Positions 1 through 11,039 of a DNA stretch of 47,394 nucleotides are shown here, piece after piece. Position numbers and translations under genes: made by a program. Where the stretch lies: positions 8,829,676 to 8,877,069 of the forward strand of contig NC_068990.1 in NCBI RefSeq assembly GCF_001194135.2. Reading direction: 5' to 3'. The notes under the pieces were generated by a model. That model had not been told where the DNA came from, made no database searches, and saw nothing but the letters and a program-made list of their open reading frames with translations. Origin of the DNA: Octopus bimaculoides (Eukaryota). Numbering within the stretch: the first letter of the stretch is position 1; every line of letters begins with the position of its first letter.

Positions 1-165
1 TTCTTATGGTTTCTTAAACATTCACTTGAACAAAACTGTACAAATCCAAATATATGGTACCCTAGGCATAACACCTACATGAACTTCTAACTTGTTGTCT
101 CTTGAGGTCTCTGGGTGAGACTTGGATCCAACTTGTACAAATGCAAAACAAAAGTCAAACATAAA
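1..165 (+). mobile_element. 3' end/UTR of an R4/Dong-like LINE followed by a (TAA)n tail
   Basis: TCTTGAGGTCTCTGGGTGAGACTTGGA-type 3' UTR running directly into (TAA)n at about 165-267. The layout matches the coding-supported R4 ends at 16235-16587 and 29692-30298. No coding part lies inside the window. Confidence 0.5.
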
Positions 166-192
166 ATAATAATAATAATAATAACAATAATA

Positions 193-266
<74 letters not shown>

Positions 267-267
267 C
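165..267. repeat. (TAA)n microsatellite
   Basis: Near-perfect TAA array; source of the poly-I and poly-Y ORFs. Confidence 0.97.
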
Positions 268-1039
268 TCTGACTACCTGTCTAGCTTTCATTTCATTAAT
301 CTCGCCCTGTAATATTTTGTTTTGCTTTCGTCATGTGCCATATAGAATCTCACATTTTCTGCATTCATTTTTCTACCCTGTGCTTGATTTGGGATTGTCA
401 ACCCCTTTCATTTCTTTCATTTGCTTTTACACCTCTAGCTTAGATGTCTTCATTCAATATTTAAAATCTCTGCACCTGTAACTCAGAATATGTCGCTGTT
501 TTTGTGGCGATACCAGTGGCAACAAGGTGACAACAGATTTGTATGCGCTGCTGTTGGTACGAATGCTGTTGTTGCTGATAATAGTATTTTTCTTGACTAT
601 CTCTGTTCGACAGTGTTAATATAATCAACTAAACTGTTTCTCCAAATATCGCTGGCCTTTTGCCTAAATAAGAAATGATTATTTAAAAGGCAACAGATTT
701 GGCACAATCATTAGCGTATTGGGAAAATGCCTTGTGGTATTTCTTCAGGCCCTTTATGTTATGAATTATGAATTCAAATCCTGTCAAAATCAACTTTGCC
801 TTTCATCTCTCCAGGTTTAATAGATTAGAGTATTAGTATTGCAGTCAATATACGCTCTTCCCAAATTGCTTGCCGCTTGTCTTAATTAGAAATTATTATT
901 TAGAAAACAGTATCTTGGCTAAATGGTTAAAACGTTAGAAAATGGCTCGTATTATTTCTTATGGCTTTCTAAATACGGCGAGCTGGCAGAATTGTATAGA
1001 GGCAAATTAATGAAAAGAAAGCTGAGCAGATTGCCAGAG

Positions 1040-1090
<51 letters not shown>

Positions 1091-1108
1091 GATTGATTGA
1101 TTGATTGA
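1040..1108. repeat. (TTA)n(GATT)n microsatellite
   Basis: Direct reading. Confidence 0.95.
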
Positions 1109-1330
1109 GAGAACAGTGCATACCATCAAAGTGACACTTGGGTACAAATATACCCATCATGACCACCCATCTGATAAGGGTACACCAGGCATATGCATCG
1201 CAACCATATGTGTGTGACATGGTGATCTCATATCAAGATAAATAACGCATGATCTTGCAGATGGGACCCAGTTTGAATTTTTCGGGTTGAGTAGCCCATG
1301 CCGCTCAAAAGGTCCCTGAATAAGGTTTGT
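1109..1330 (-). mobile_element. Unclassified interspersed repeat end with a (TAA)/(AATC) tail
   Basis: Complex sequence abutting the simple-repeat tail. It resembles a common octopus repeat from memory only; the family is not verified. Confidence 0.35.
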
Positions 1331-1337
1331 TTAAAGA

Positions 1338-1620
1338 TGGACGCTGGACGAAATGCTTAGCGGTATTTCTCCCGTCGCTACGTTCGAAATTCGATTAGAG
1401 CCCTACCCCCAAAATTTCAGGCTTTGTGCCAAATAATAGAAAAGAATATTTCTTATAGTTCTTTCTGTTTCGAGTTCAGCTCCTGTTGATATCAATAATG
1501 GCCTATTATCCTTCGAGGTCATCACACTTAATAAGTAGGAGTCATGTATTGGGGTCAGTGTGACAAACCTCCCTTCTCTCAGAAACTGTTGGTCCTGTAT
1601 CTAAATTAGAATCCATTATT
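1338..1620 (+). mobile_element. SINE family A fragments
   Basis: GACGAAATGCTTAGCGGTATTTC and CCCCAAAATTTCAGGCTTTGTGCC match the full copy at 13101-13338 and its 3' variant. Confidence 0.6.
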
Positions 1621-1814
1621 ATTGCGGTGATGAACTGAAGAATATGCAGAGTATAGTATCAGATGCTTTATAGAATTTGGTTTCATCATTCTACATTTTG
1701 AATTTCTAAATCAGTACAGATCAAATTTGCTAATCATCCACCCCCAGCCTCAATATTTCTATTGCAATTACCAGACATGTACAGGGTTCGGTTCTCTCAG
1801 TAAGAACAACAGCA

Positions 1815-1835
1815 ATATTAGCAGCAGCAGCTGTG

Positions 1836-1890
<55 letters not shown>

Positions 1891-1958
1891 GGATGGCAAC
1901 AGCAGCGACGGCAGTGGCAGCAACTTTGACAGCGGCAGCAGTAGCAGTAGTGGTGGTA

Positions 1959-2039
<81 letters not shown>

Positions 2040-2072
2040 AAGAAAGAAAGAAAGAAAGAAAGACAGAAAGAC

Positions 2073-2122
<50 letters not shown>

Positions 2123-2354
2123 GAAAATGAAAGAAAGAAAGGGAAAAGAAAGAAAGGGAAAAGAAAGAAAGAAAGAAAGGAAGAAAGAAAGGAAAATGAA
2201 AGAGAGAAAGGGAAAAGAAAGAAAGAAAGAAAGAAAGACAGAGAGAAGAAAGAAAGAAGAAGTAAAAAAGAAGGAGGAGGAGGAGGAAGTAGAAGAAGAA
2301 GAAGAAGAAGAAGAAGAAGAAGAAGAAGAAGAAGAAGAAGAAGAAGAAGAAGAA
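1815..2354. repeat. Compound microsatellite (AGC)(GGT)(AGT)(CGT)(AGT)(AAAG)(GGA)(AGA)
   Basis: Direct reading; explains the 228 aa and 178 aa low-complexity ORFs. Confidence 0.95.
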
Positions 2355-2357
2355 TTT

Positions 2358-2495
2358 ATTCTAATTTAGGCACAGTGCCAGCAGTTTTTTTGGCGGGGAG
2401 ATTGCTAAGTTGATAGCATTGATGGCAACACTTGGCTGGTACTTTATTTTATCGTCTCCGGAAGGATGAAAGGCAAAGTTGGTCTTGACGGGATT
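2358..2495 (-). mobile_element. Degenerate SINE family A fragment
   Basis: TCTAATTTAGGCACA...TGGTACTTTATTTTATCG...GGATGAAAGGCAAAGTT matches the + strand reading of the 13101-13425 copies. Confidence 0.6.
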
Positions 2496-3019
2496 GATGG
2501 TTTTTTAGTATATTTACAGTCGACATTTTATTATGCTGAAAAAGAAATTAGAATATATAAAATGTTTCTTTGTGAAAGCCAAAATGCGACTTTATTGGTT
2601 ATTTAATCGACAGAACATTATAACAGAAAAGTGATTTTGTATATGATGTATCTGGTGATTGTGTGCATATATGAGTGTATGCGTCCATCTGATTGAATGT
2701 ACGTATGTTATATCGAGTAAAATAAGATTCGTATACGCACATTGATACATAAATCGATCGACTGGCGGGTAGGTATGTAGACAGGTAGATAGACTGAACA
2801 AGTGAGATAGACTGAGAGAATGTGGTGGCAATCGGTTAGATATTTATTCTATTACTCTGATACAAACGTTGCTAGTACTGTCTGAAAGAAAATTACATTA
2901 ATAGTAACCCGGGTGTGACAAGAATTTCTATAGCATCCGAGTGTGAAAGAAATAGAAGGATGTGAGCGTAGACGTGTTTAAGCATACATACGTATATACA
3001 ATCATACATACAAACAAAC

Positions 3020-3020
<1 letters not shown>

Positions 3021-3087
<67 letters not shown>

Positions 3088-3112
3088 GTAGGTAGGTAGA
3101 TAGATAGATAGG

Positions 3113-3152
<40 letters not shown>

Positions 3153-3153
3153 G

Positions 3154-3201
<48 letters not shown>
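3021..3201. repeat. (GATA)n(GACA)n microsatellite
   Basis: Direct reading. Confidence 0.97.
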
Positions 3202-3202
<1 letters not shown>

Positions 3203-3574
3203 TGTAATATGAGAAATAATGAAATATTGATAGATTTTGAGATGTCTGGAGAAAATGCAAACTATATGGTGGATACTTAATGTAAATATATTTAGGAAAA
3301 ATAGAATTTATGTAATGTGCTTCGTAATGAGGAAGTGGAAGTGTAAGAAGAAAAACAAATGCATTTGAAGAAAATATTTACTAAGACAAAGGAAGAACAT
3401 TAAAAGTAGGGAAAGGTGAGCAGAAAAATAGAGGATAAAACAAAACGAAGATATGCATAACAGTCTGCTATAGAGGGGATATAAGCAGACATTTGTGTTT
3501 ATGTATACCTGTTCATCTTTCCGTCATCCGTTGTCTCCCGTCTCCCTCCATGTAAGAAGCCATACCTGCGCTCT

Positions 3575-3681
<107 letters not shown>

Positions 3682-3889
3682 ATTCTTTTATTCTTTTATT
3701 TGACGAGAAGAAAATACCTTAAATCTTATTGAGATGTTGCCGTTGGCATGGACTGAAGGGAGGATCTCCAGAATCAGTGAGAAATATATCGCGCGCCATA
3801 TTCCATGCGGATGATATTCCAGTTTTGATTACCTTCGAGCTTTATGTTGCTTATCATGAGAGTACATATGAGCAATTGTACCATGTATG

Positions 3890-4046
3890 TCGCTTGGTTA
3901 TGTAGCAAGAAGCTTACTTTCCGACCACATGGCCCCTGGCGCAACCCCACAGCGTGATGCCTTAGATAAGTGTCTTCTATAGCACTGCACCGACCAAAGC
4001 CGTGTAAGTGCATTTGGTGGATAGAACCTAAAAGGAAACCTGTCAT
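3890..4046 (+). mobile_element. Degenerate SINE family C
   Basis: CCACATGG...AAGTGTCTTCTATAGC...CCGACCAAAGCC...GCATTTGGTGGATAGAACCTAAAAG aligns by eye with the reverse complement of 37266-37405. Confidence 0.65.
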
Positions 4047-4398
4047 ATATGTACATATAGATACACAAACTCGCGCGCGCGCACACACACATACATACAT
4101 ACATACATACATACATACAGAAAAAACATCCCCTTAACTGTTGGGTAATTTGCAGTTACTCTATCCAGATTACAAGTTCAGGTTTATACCTGTAATTACT
4201 GGGGCTCTCGTATATGTAACACACTGCCTAAATAGAAATTAGGCTTCTCAAAACCAGAAAGAAGAAAGCTGATTCAAAGACTACAGAACCGATCCATCAC
4301 TGCAACTGTAAAATCTGTAAAACTTACCAGAAGTTTATCATTTAAGTACATATGAGCATGTCTAGATATGCAAGTATATGCATTAGAAGACATTTTTT

Positions 4399-4704
4399 TA
4401 TGCGCCCTTTTAAAGCCTAGCCAGGTTTATGGGCCCGGTTTCTCGGTTTCTATGGTGTATGTGTTCTCCCCAGCTGGACGGGACGCCAGTCCATCGCAGC
4501 GTTACTCAAGACACAAGAAGAAAGAGTGAGAGAAAGTTGAGGCGAGAGAGTAAAGCAGGAGTCGCCACCACCTCCAGCCGGAGCCACGTGGAGCTTTAGG
4601 TGTTTTCGCTCAATAAACACACACAATGCCCGGTCTGGGAATCGAAACCGCGATCCTCCGACCGCGAATCTGCTGACCTAACCACTAAGCCATTGCGCTT
4701 CCAC
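4399..4704 (-). mobile_element. Full-length tRNA-derived SINE family B with a Meta-like central domain
   Basis: The minus strand starts GTGGAAGCGCAATGGCTTAGTGGTTAG (A box), then GGTTTCGATTCCC (B box), then GCTGCGATGGACTGGCGTCCCGTCCAG (MetaSINE-like). It is collinear with 7232-7539. Confidence 0.85.
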
Positions 4705-4907
4705 CATGAGAAGACATACATAAAACAAATCATACAAATTTGCACATATTCATACTTAGATACATACATACAAAAGTATCCTGTTCATTTTGTTGAAGGA
4801 GCCTTGGATCTAGGTTAGAAACCGACACTTGCTCTATTGGCAAGAAATCTTGAAATAAACTGAATAATGACATACATACATACATACATACAGACAGACA
4901 GACAGCC

Positions 4908-4948
<41 letters not shown>

Positions 4949-5449
4949 TACATGCGTGTGTGTGTATTATCACTTATGGACTTACTGTATTTAAAAACAC
5001 ACATATATTAACAACAGGCTAAAGTCGTCCAACAACGGCGGTGATATTCCTAAATGTGCATTGCTGCGCCTTAGATTTTATATCAGTAACACGAATTCGC
5101 TGGCAACCACAGACTGAAGCAAAATCCTTCGCCACTCATATAGGTGGGAAGGATTTTGCAAATTGCATTTTCGAAATCTGAGTGTGCACCATTGAATGGT
5201 AAGTGGGTGTAGGGCAGTCCAGTGCTCCAGCCCTTAGCAATGACCATCTACATGCCACTGACAAAGCTCAAAGAGGCAAAAATGCGCATCTTTTACTCTC
5301 ACGGCCTAAAGCACTAAATCTATAAGAGATATTATCTCTGGACGATAACCGGAATTAGTGTACCTTTTGTGATTTAGTGTTGTCTTTGCATTAAGTATGA
5401 TACACAGATGGCTGTTTTTAATATAACACTGCGTATGATGCACAAAATG

Positions 5450-5612
5450 GATGTGTTTTTCTCCTTGTCTCCGTATTCTTTCTGTTGAAGAGCGTAGCTC
5501 GAAACGTCAAAGACTTTCCGTATTCCCGAGCGTCATACTAATACATCCTTTTGTTATTTACACCACCTGTCCTCGTCTGTTGTTGTTTTTTTGTACATTC
5601 TCCTATATATAT
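5450..5612 (+). mobile_element. Short Penelope-like terminal repeat remnant carrying a hammerhead motif
   Basis: Contains the hammerhead fold at 5477-5513 followed by a T-rich tail. The PLE assignment is inferred from the ribozyme type. Confidence 0.45.
5477..5513 (+). ncRNA. Minimal type-I hammerhead-like motif with a CUGUUGA core variant
   Basis: TCTTT-CTGTTGA-A-GAGC-GTA-GCTC-GAAAC-GTC-AAAGA: 5 bp stem I, 4 bp stem II and a loopless palindromic stem III (ACGT). Confidence 0.6.
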
Positions 5613-6174
5613 ATATACACCATCAAGGAAGCTTGTCAATGTATCAAGTACAGATAAAAAACTTAGAACAAATACTGAAATTTCTATAAACCTTTACTTT
5701 AATTACCCTTCAGGAAAATTTATCATTTAGATCATTTTCCATTCTTTCTTTTATTTTTTTGCTTGAGTGTGTGTATGCATGTNNNNNNNNNNNNNNNNNN
5801 NNNNNNNNNNNNNNNNNNNNNNNNNNNNNNNNNNNNNNNNNNNNNNNNNNNNNNNNNNNNNNNNNNNNNNNNNNNNNNNNNNNNNNNNNNNNNNNNNNNN
5901 NNNNNNNNNNNNNNNNNNNNNNNNNNNNNNNNNNNNNNNNNNNNNNNNNNNNNNNNNNNNNNNNNNNNNNNNNNNNNNNNNNNNNNNNNNNNNNNNNNNN
6001 NNNNNNNNNNNNNNNNNNNNNNNNNNNNNNNNNNNNNNNNNNNNNNNNNNNNNNNNNNNNNNNNNNNNNNNNNNNNNNNNNNNNNNNNNNNNNNNNNNNN
6101 NNNNNNNNNNNNNNNNNNNNNNNNNNNNNNNNNNNNNNNNNNNNNNNNNNNNNNNNNNNNNNNNNNNNNNNNNN

Positions 6175-6224
<50 letters not shown>

Positions 6225-7231
6225 TAACCCATAATCATGATAAAGCTGGATATAAATACTGTTCGCCTGAATTATTTTCCTTTCACATCATGGTTGATAA
6301 TCATGATATAGTGAATTGCTCATCTGAAACTAAAAATACATATTTTTCTCTATGCTTATCAGTTGAAAATTATAAACCATTACAGTGTATGCATGACAGC
6401 ACATTTTTGTTATAACACAATTATAGTAAACGCTTATAATGTGAGAGCAAAATAACGAGCAAGATATATGCGACCTATAAAGTATACGACGTTCACTATA
6501 AGCCATATTGTATATCATACATGAATTGTCAAACGGGTAAGAATAGAGTGGCAATTATCCGAAAAGTTACATATATCTATGCTCATTATATTTATGTCTC
6601 TATTTGCCAAAGTACAACACATCCATTTTCAGGCAAATATTAGCATGATCTATACATTAATAGTTATCCCTTTTTTCTTTCTTTCTTTTTTTTCTTTTTT
6701 TTTTTTTTCTTCTAGGAACGATCGTAAATACCGAAATACATTTCAATACTCCACACGCAAAACTATTATATATTGAATAAGATGGATAGCCATTCGGAAA
6801 ACATGTCACTTTTCTTACAGGATCGTAGCAACTAGAAACAGTATGAAAATTTAAAACAAGCATATATTATTTATTATTTGCTTGTACATCGGCGTATTTC
6901 TAAAACACGGAATTTATATATATAAAATAAGATGTATATTTGTGTTATTGTTTCAGCTACATGTGACTGCGCTTTAGAAAAAGCAGAATGAAACATAATA
7001 ACATTGATAAATATATAGAAAAGAAAGATAGCTCGAAAGGAAATTATTGAGAAAGAATCTAAATCACAAGCTTAGAAAATCGTCAGGGGAGTTACATACA
7101 AGGTGTTAACACAATGTTTCCAGAGTACAGATGATGAAAAACAGGGATGTATGTGTAGCTGCGGATCGTTCCTACACAGCTTCCTAAATCGCCCTAAAAA
7201 TAGGTTTCAAGCAAACTAATCGTGAGCAATT

Positions 7232-7539
7232 CTTTCTTGCGCCCTTTTTAAGCCTAGCTAGGCTCATGGGTCCGGTTTCTATGGTGTATGTGTTCCCCCA
7301 CCCCCCAGCTGAACGGGACGCCATTCCATCGCAGCTTTACTCAAGAAGCAAGAAGAAAGAGTGAGAGAAAGTTGGGGTGAAAGAGTACAACAGGGGTCGC
7401 CACCACCCCCTACCGGAGCCTCGTGGAGCTTTAGGTGTTTTCGCTCAATACACACACACAACGCCCGGTCTAGGAATCGAAACTGCGATCTTCCGACCGC
7501 GAGTCCGCTGCCCTAACCACTGGGCCATTGCGCCTCCAC
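7232..7539 (-). mobile_element. Full-length SINE family B with a target-site duplication
   Basis: A box TGGCCCAGTGGTTAG, B box GTTTCGATTCC and a Meta-like core. Flanked by AATCGTGAGCAATT (7218-7231) and AATTGTGAGCAATT (7540-7553). Confidence 0.9.
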
Positions 7540-7691
7540 AATTGTGAGCAATTGCTTCATGCAATTTCGTGACGTTGTGTTAGAACTTCTTTGCAAATTT
7601 TACAAAGGCTGACAAATTTGAGCAATGCAAGTGAGTTAGCATGAACGAACCTATTTTAGATCGACTCTGTATGATAGCTACTTTCTTGTAA

Positions 7692-7744
7692 CTGGCTTCA
7701 GCAGGCTGGCCTCAGCAGGCTGGCCTCAGCAGGCTGGCCTCAGC
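7692..7744. repeat. 14-bp tandem repeat, about 3.8 copies
   Basis: Unit CTGGCCTCAGCAGG. Confidence 0.9.
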
Positions 7745-8585
7745 CGTGTATGCATCTTCGTTGAACAATAAATTGCTGAAAGTGCAACCGGAAATATTCT
7801 AACACATCATAGATATACAGGAACATTCAAATAAAATGTGGTTATATTCATACAAATTAAGCGGCCATTTAGAGTAGCAAATAACTTGCAAGCCAAGTCT
7901 GTGGTACAGTTACTGTCGTAAGTTCATGTCAATTAACTAATATTTTATTCAAAGCAGATAAGTGAAGCGCCAAACAAGATTTTTTAACGGGTATTGATTC
8001 ACTCACCTACTCTCTATCTCTACAAAACTTAATCTTGTTAAAAGAAATATTTAACAAATTAATTTATTTGTAACCATTTCCTTTCAATGATATGCTTGAA
8101 TGTCATGCAGTTACATGTATGATTTTTCTGCATAATTATTACATCAAATTTCCATTTCTTTTATCAAGTCACTAACTGTGTTGAAAAGGCATGAGCTTCA
8201 CTTATTCGCCTCCCATTAATAAATATACTGAAATTTCTCGGTTTAAGAAACGAGACATTCAGCTAAAAAAATTTCTATGATTATTTTTTTTTCGTTCCGA
8301 TTTCTTTGCATGCCTTAATGGTTTTTCATTTACATTCCTGGTGCTAAGCAACTGAATTTCCAGTTCATTGATATTTGTTTAATACTTTTACACCTCTTCC
8401 CAGTCCTTACCACTTTTATTTGTCTCTATAATTTTTCTACGCTTTATTTGTCTTTCTCTATATTTTTCTCGCCTTCCCTATATTCCGTTTTTTTCTGGTT
8501 TCCTTAATATTTTTATTTGATTTTTTTCCAACATTCCTATTCTTCCTTTTACACATGTATTTTCTTTTATTTTTATCTGTCTCTT

Positions 8586-8630
8586 TCTTCTTCTTCTTCT
8601 TCTTCTTCTTCTTCTTCTTCTTCTTCTTCT

Positions 8631-8710
<80 letters not shown>
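8586..8710. repeat. (TTC)n(TTA)n microsatellite
   Basis: Direct reading. Confidence 0.97.
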
Positions 8711-10203
8711 TTCTTCTACTTCTCCAATTTCTCCATAATTTTTTCCCACATTTCAACTTTTTCAGTCTCTTTTCGTTGATTCTTAATATTCTATTATCTT
8801 CTGATCTTCTTCAGTTTTCTAGATGATTCTTATTTTTTCAATTCCATTTCTTCCATTTTCATTTCTTCTCCATTTTTTTTTTTCATTTCAGCAACTTATA
8901 CTTGTCCCTCAACTTTCCCCGCTCCATCTTCTTCTTCTTCGCAGCTTCCTCCTTCCTTAATTTTTCTTGAATCATCTTACTCCTTTTCCTTCGTTGAGTT
9001 TTTGTCTCCTGTTTGTTCTTATTTTCGCTGCTCTCATTTTCATCCTTAATATTTCAATCGTTCTCTGTCTCTCCCCCATTAACTACAATACGTTATTCCT
9101 CTCATCCTTGTTCCATTCACCAGTTCACATTCACACCTCTATTTTTTCTAAATCCGCTTTTCTTACACATCTCAAGTTTTCTACACATTTTCTTCTTCCA
9201 CTAATTCTTTAATCTTTCACTTCGTCTTTAGCCTCTTATTTTTTTTTTTTTTTTTCGTTTCTTGTTTAATTTCATTTACTTCGATTTTGTTGCTTTTTTC
9301 GCTTCACTTTTTCATCTTTCTTCTTCGTTCCACTTTCTGCTCATCTCTAATATCTTCCCTTTTTTTTCTCCTTTTAACTGTTATTCAAGCATCGTTGAAT
9401 TTCAGAAATACTACTCAAATCGAGCAAATGCTATAAATTTTTAGTTTTGTTCCAAGTCCTGGCGTTGTCATTTCAGATCCTGTTAAAGATAATTTTGTCT
9501 TTCAGCGATATCGGATTCAATTTACTAACTCTTAACGATAATTTACTCATGTTAATTCAATTGGCCATATTCTTCAAAACAAATCCAGTCTAAATGCGGC
9601 CGCTCGACCTGCAAGAAATAGCAACCAAATCTTCTTCAATTCAAACCCTATTGTTTCATAAAAACACTGAATTTTTAATCGTAGATGCACTATGATATTA
9701 TAAAAGACATGAGGGTCACAGCTAAGATGCAATTGACTGCAAATCCATTTAAACTGGATGGATATGATTTTTTTTTTACACAGTAACACATTTTCACTGG
9801 GTTACTATGTCAAAAAAGAGGTATTTCTCAGCTTTTTCTTTTCCTCCTCCTCCNNNNNNNNNNNNNNNNNNNNNNNNNNNNNNNNNNNNNNNNNNNNNNN
9901 NNNNNNNNNNNNNNNNNNNNNNNNNNNNNNNNNNNNNNNNNNNNNNNNNNNNNNNNNNNNNNNNTCTTATTTTATTTTTTTCTGATCTTTGATTCATTTT
10001 TTTTCTACACCCATTTTCTTTCTCCTCTTCCCCCTCCTCCTCACACTTCTCACTCCTTTATGTATATTCATTTCTTCATTTTTGCTTTTATTTCTTCTTT
10101 GCTCGCTGCTTTCTTATACATGCAACGCTTTATCGCATTTTGTCATTATTTGATTCATACCTCTTCAAATTATTTCTTCTTCTTCCTCATCATCTTCTAT
10201 ATT

Positions 10204-10410
10204 AGCGAGCTGGTAGAATCGATATCTCGAGGGACAAACATGCTTAGCGGCATTTCGTACGTCCTGTACATTCTGTACAATGCCAGCGAAGTTGACTTTG
10301 CTTTCCATCTTTTCGAGATCGATAAGACATGTACCAGCTGAACACTGGGATCCATGTAATCAACTTAACCCCTCTCCCGAAGCCGCTTAGCTTACACCAA
10401 AATTTGAAAC
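10204..10410 (+). mobile_element. Diverged SINE family A
   Basis: AGCGAGCTGGTAGAATCG...ATGCTTAGCGGCATTTCGT...GACTTTGCTTTCCATC...CCAAAATTTGAAACC. Confidence 0.75.
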
Positions 10411-10454
10411 CCTAATGATAATTATTATTAGTATTAGTATTAGCATTATTATTG

Positions 10455-10920
10455 ATTTGACTCAGGTTCGTTCTTGATAGAATTTATGAGGGCAGTGGCT
10501 TACTATCTGTAACCTTAGGTATCCACAAGCTTTCAGTAGTCTTTCAAGTGCTTAAAACTCTCGTTATAATCTTTCCTGTCCCTAAGAGGCAAACATTTTG
10601 TAAAAGATCTACATGATATTCTATTCCAGTCTCCGTCAACCATTTGTCCGTATCCTTGCTCACAGTTTCTACAGCAATAAATATTACAGGCACAACCTTC
10701 TTTACAGTTTTCATATTACAAATATCTGCAATTTTAAATTTTGAGGAATTGTATTATTATTATCAATATAGTTGTTCTTGTCACTGCTGCTGCTGCTACT
10801 GTTGTTGTTGTTGTAGAAGTAAATATAAATCTGTGCCAAACCTATGCCTTAAAATAACTTTTAACCGGATAATCTTATGATATTCTTTCAACTTTTTTAC
10901 AAACAGAGGGCTTTTTCTTA
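10455..10920 (-). mobile_element. R4/Dong-like LINE 3' fragment (RLE C-terminus and UTR)
   Basis: Minus-strand translation KIADICNMKTVKKVVPVIFIAVETVSKDTDKWLTETGIEYHVDLLQNVCLLGTGKIITRVLST* with the stop at 10544-10546. A TAA-like tail lies at about 10417-10455. Confidence 0.75.
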
Positions 10921-11039
10921 TTGTTTATGGGTCCATGTAATTACATAGATAGAAGAAATGGTGGATTTGAGACATTGTAAAATTTTTCTTATGCTTTCAC
11001 TTGCAATGCATACTCGCCTTGCAATGTAGCTACTTCAAC

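Noticed and set aside
1727-2413. 228-aa Ser/Arg/Lys-rich ORF and its overlapping frame
   Set aside because: It is a read-through of a compound microsatellite, with no complex domain or splice support.
4630-4704. tRNA genes at SINE heads (also 7465-7539 and 13260-13338)
   Set aside because: A and B boxes are present, but they continue into SINE bodies and do not form a full cloverleaf.
5144-5204. Plus-strand micro-exon ending ATG|GTAAGT (VGRILQIAFSKSECAPLN)
   Set aside because: The donor is good but the acceptor is weak, the frame is short and there is no partner exon.
5783-6174. ORFs spanning N runs (also 9854, 14444, 16653, 35278, 42659, 47131)
   Set aside because: These are assembly gaps next to microsatellites and carry no sequence information.
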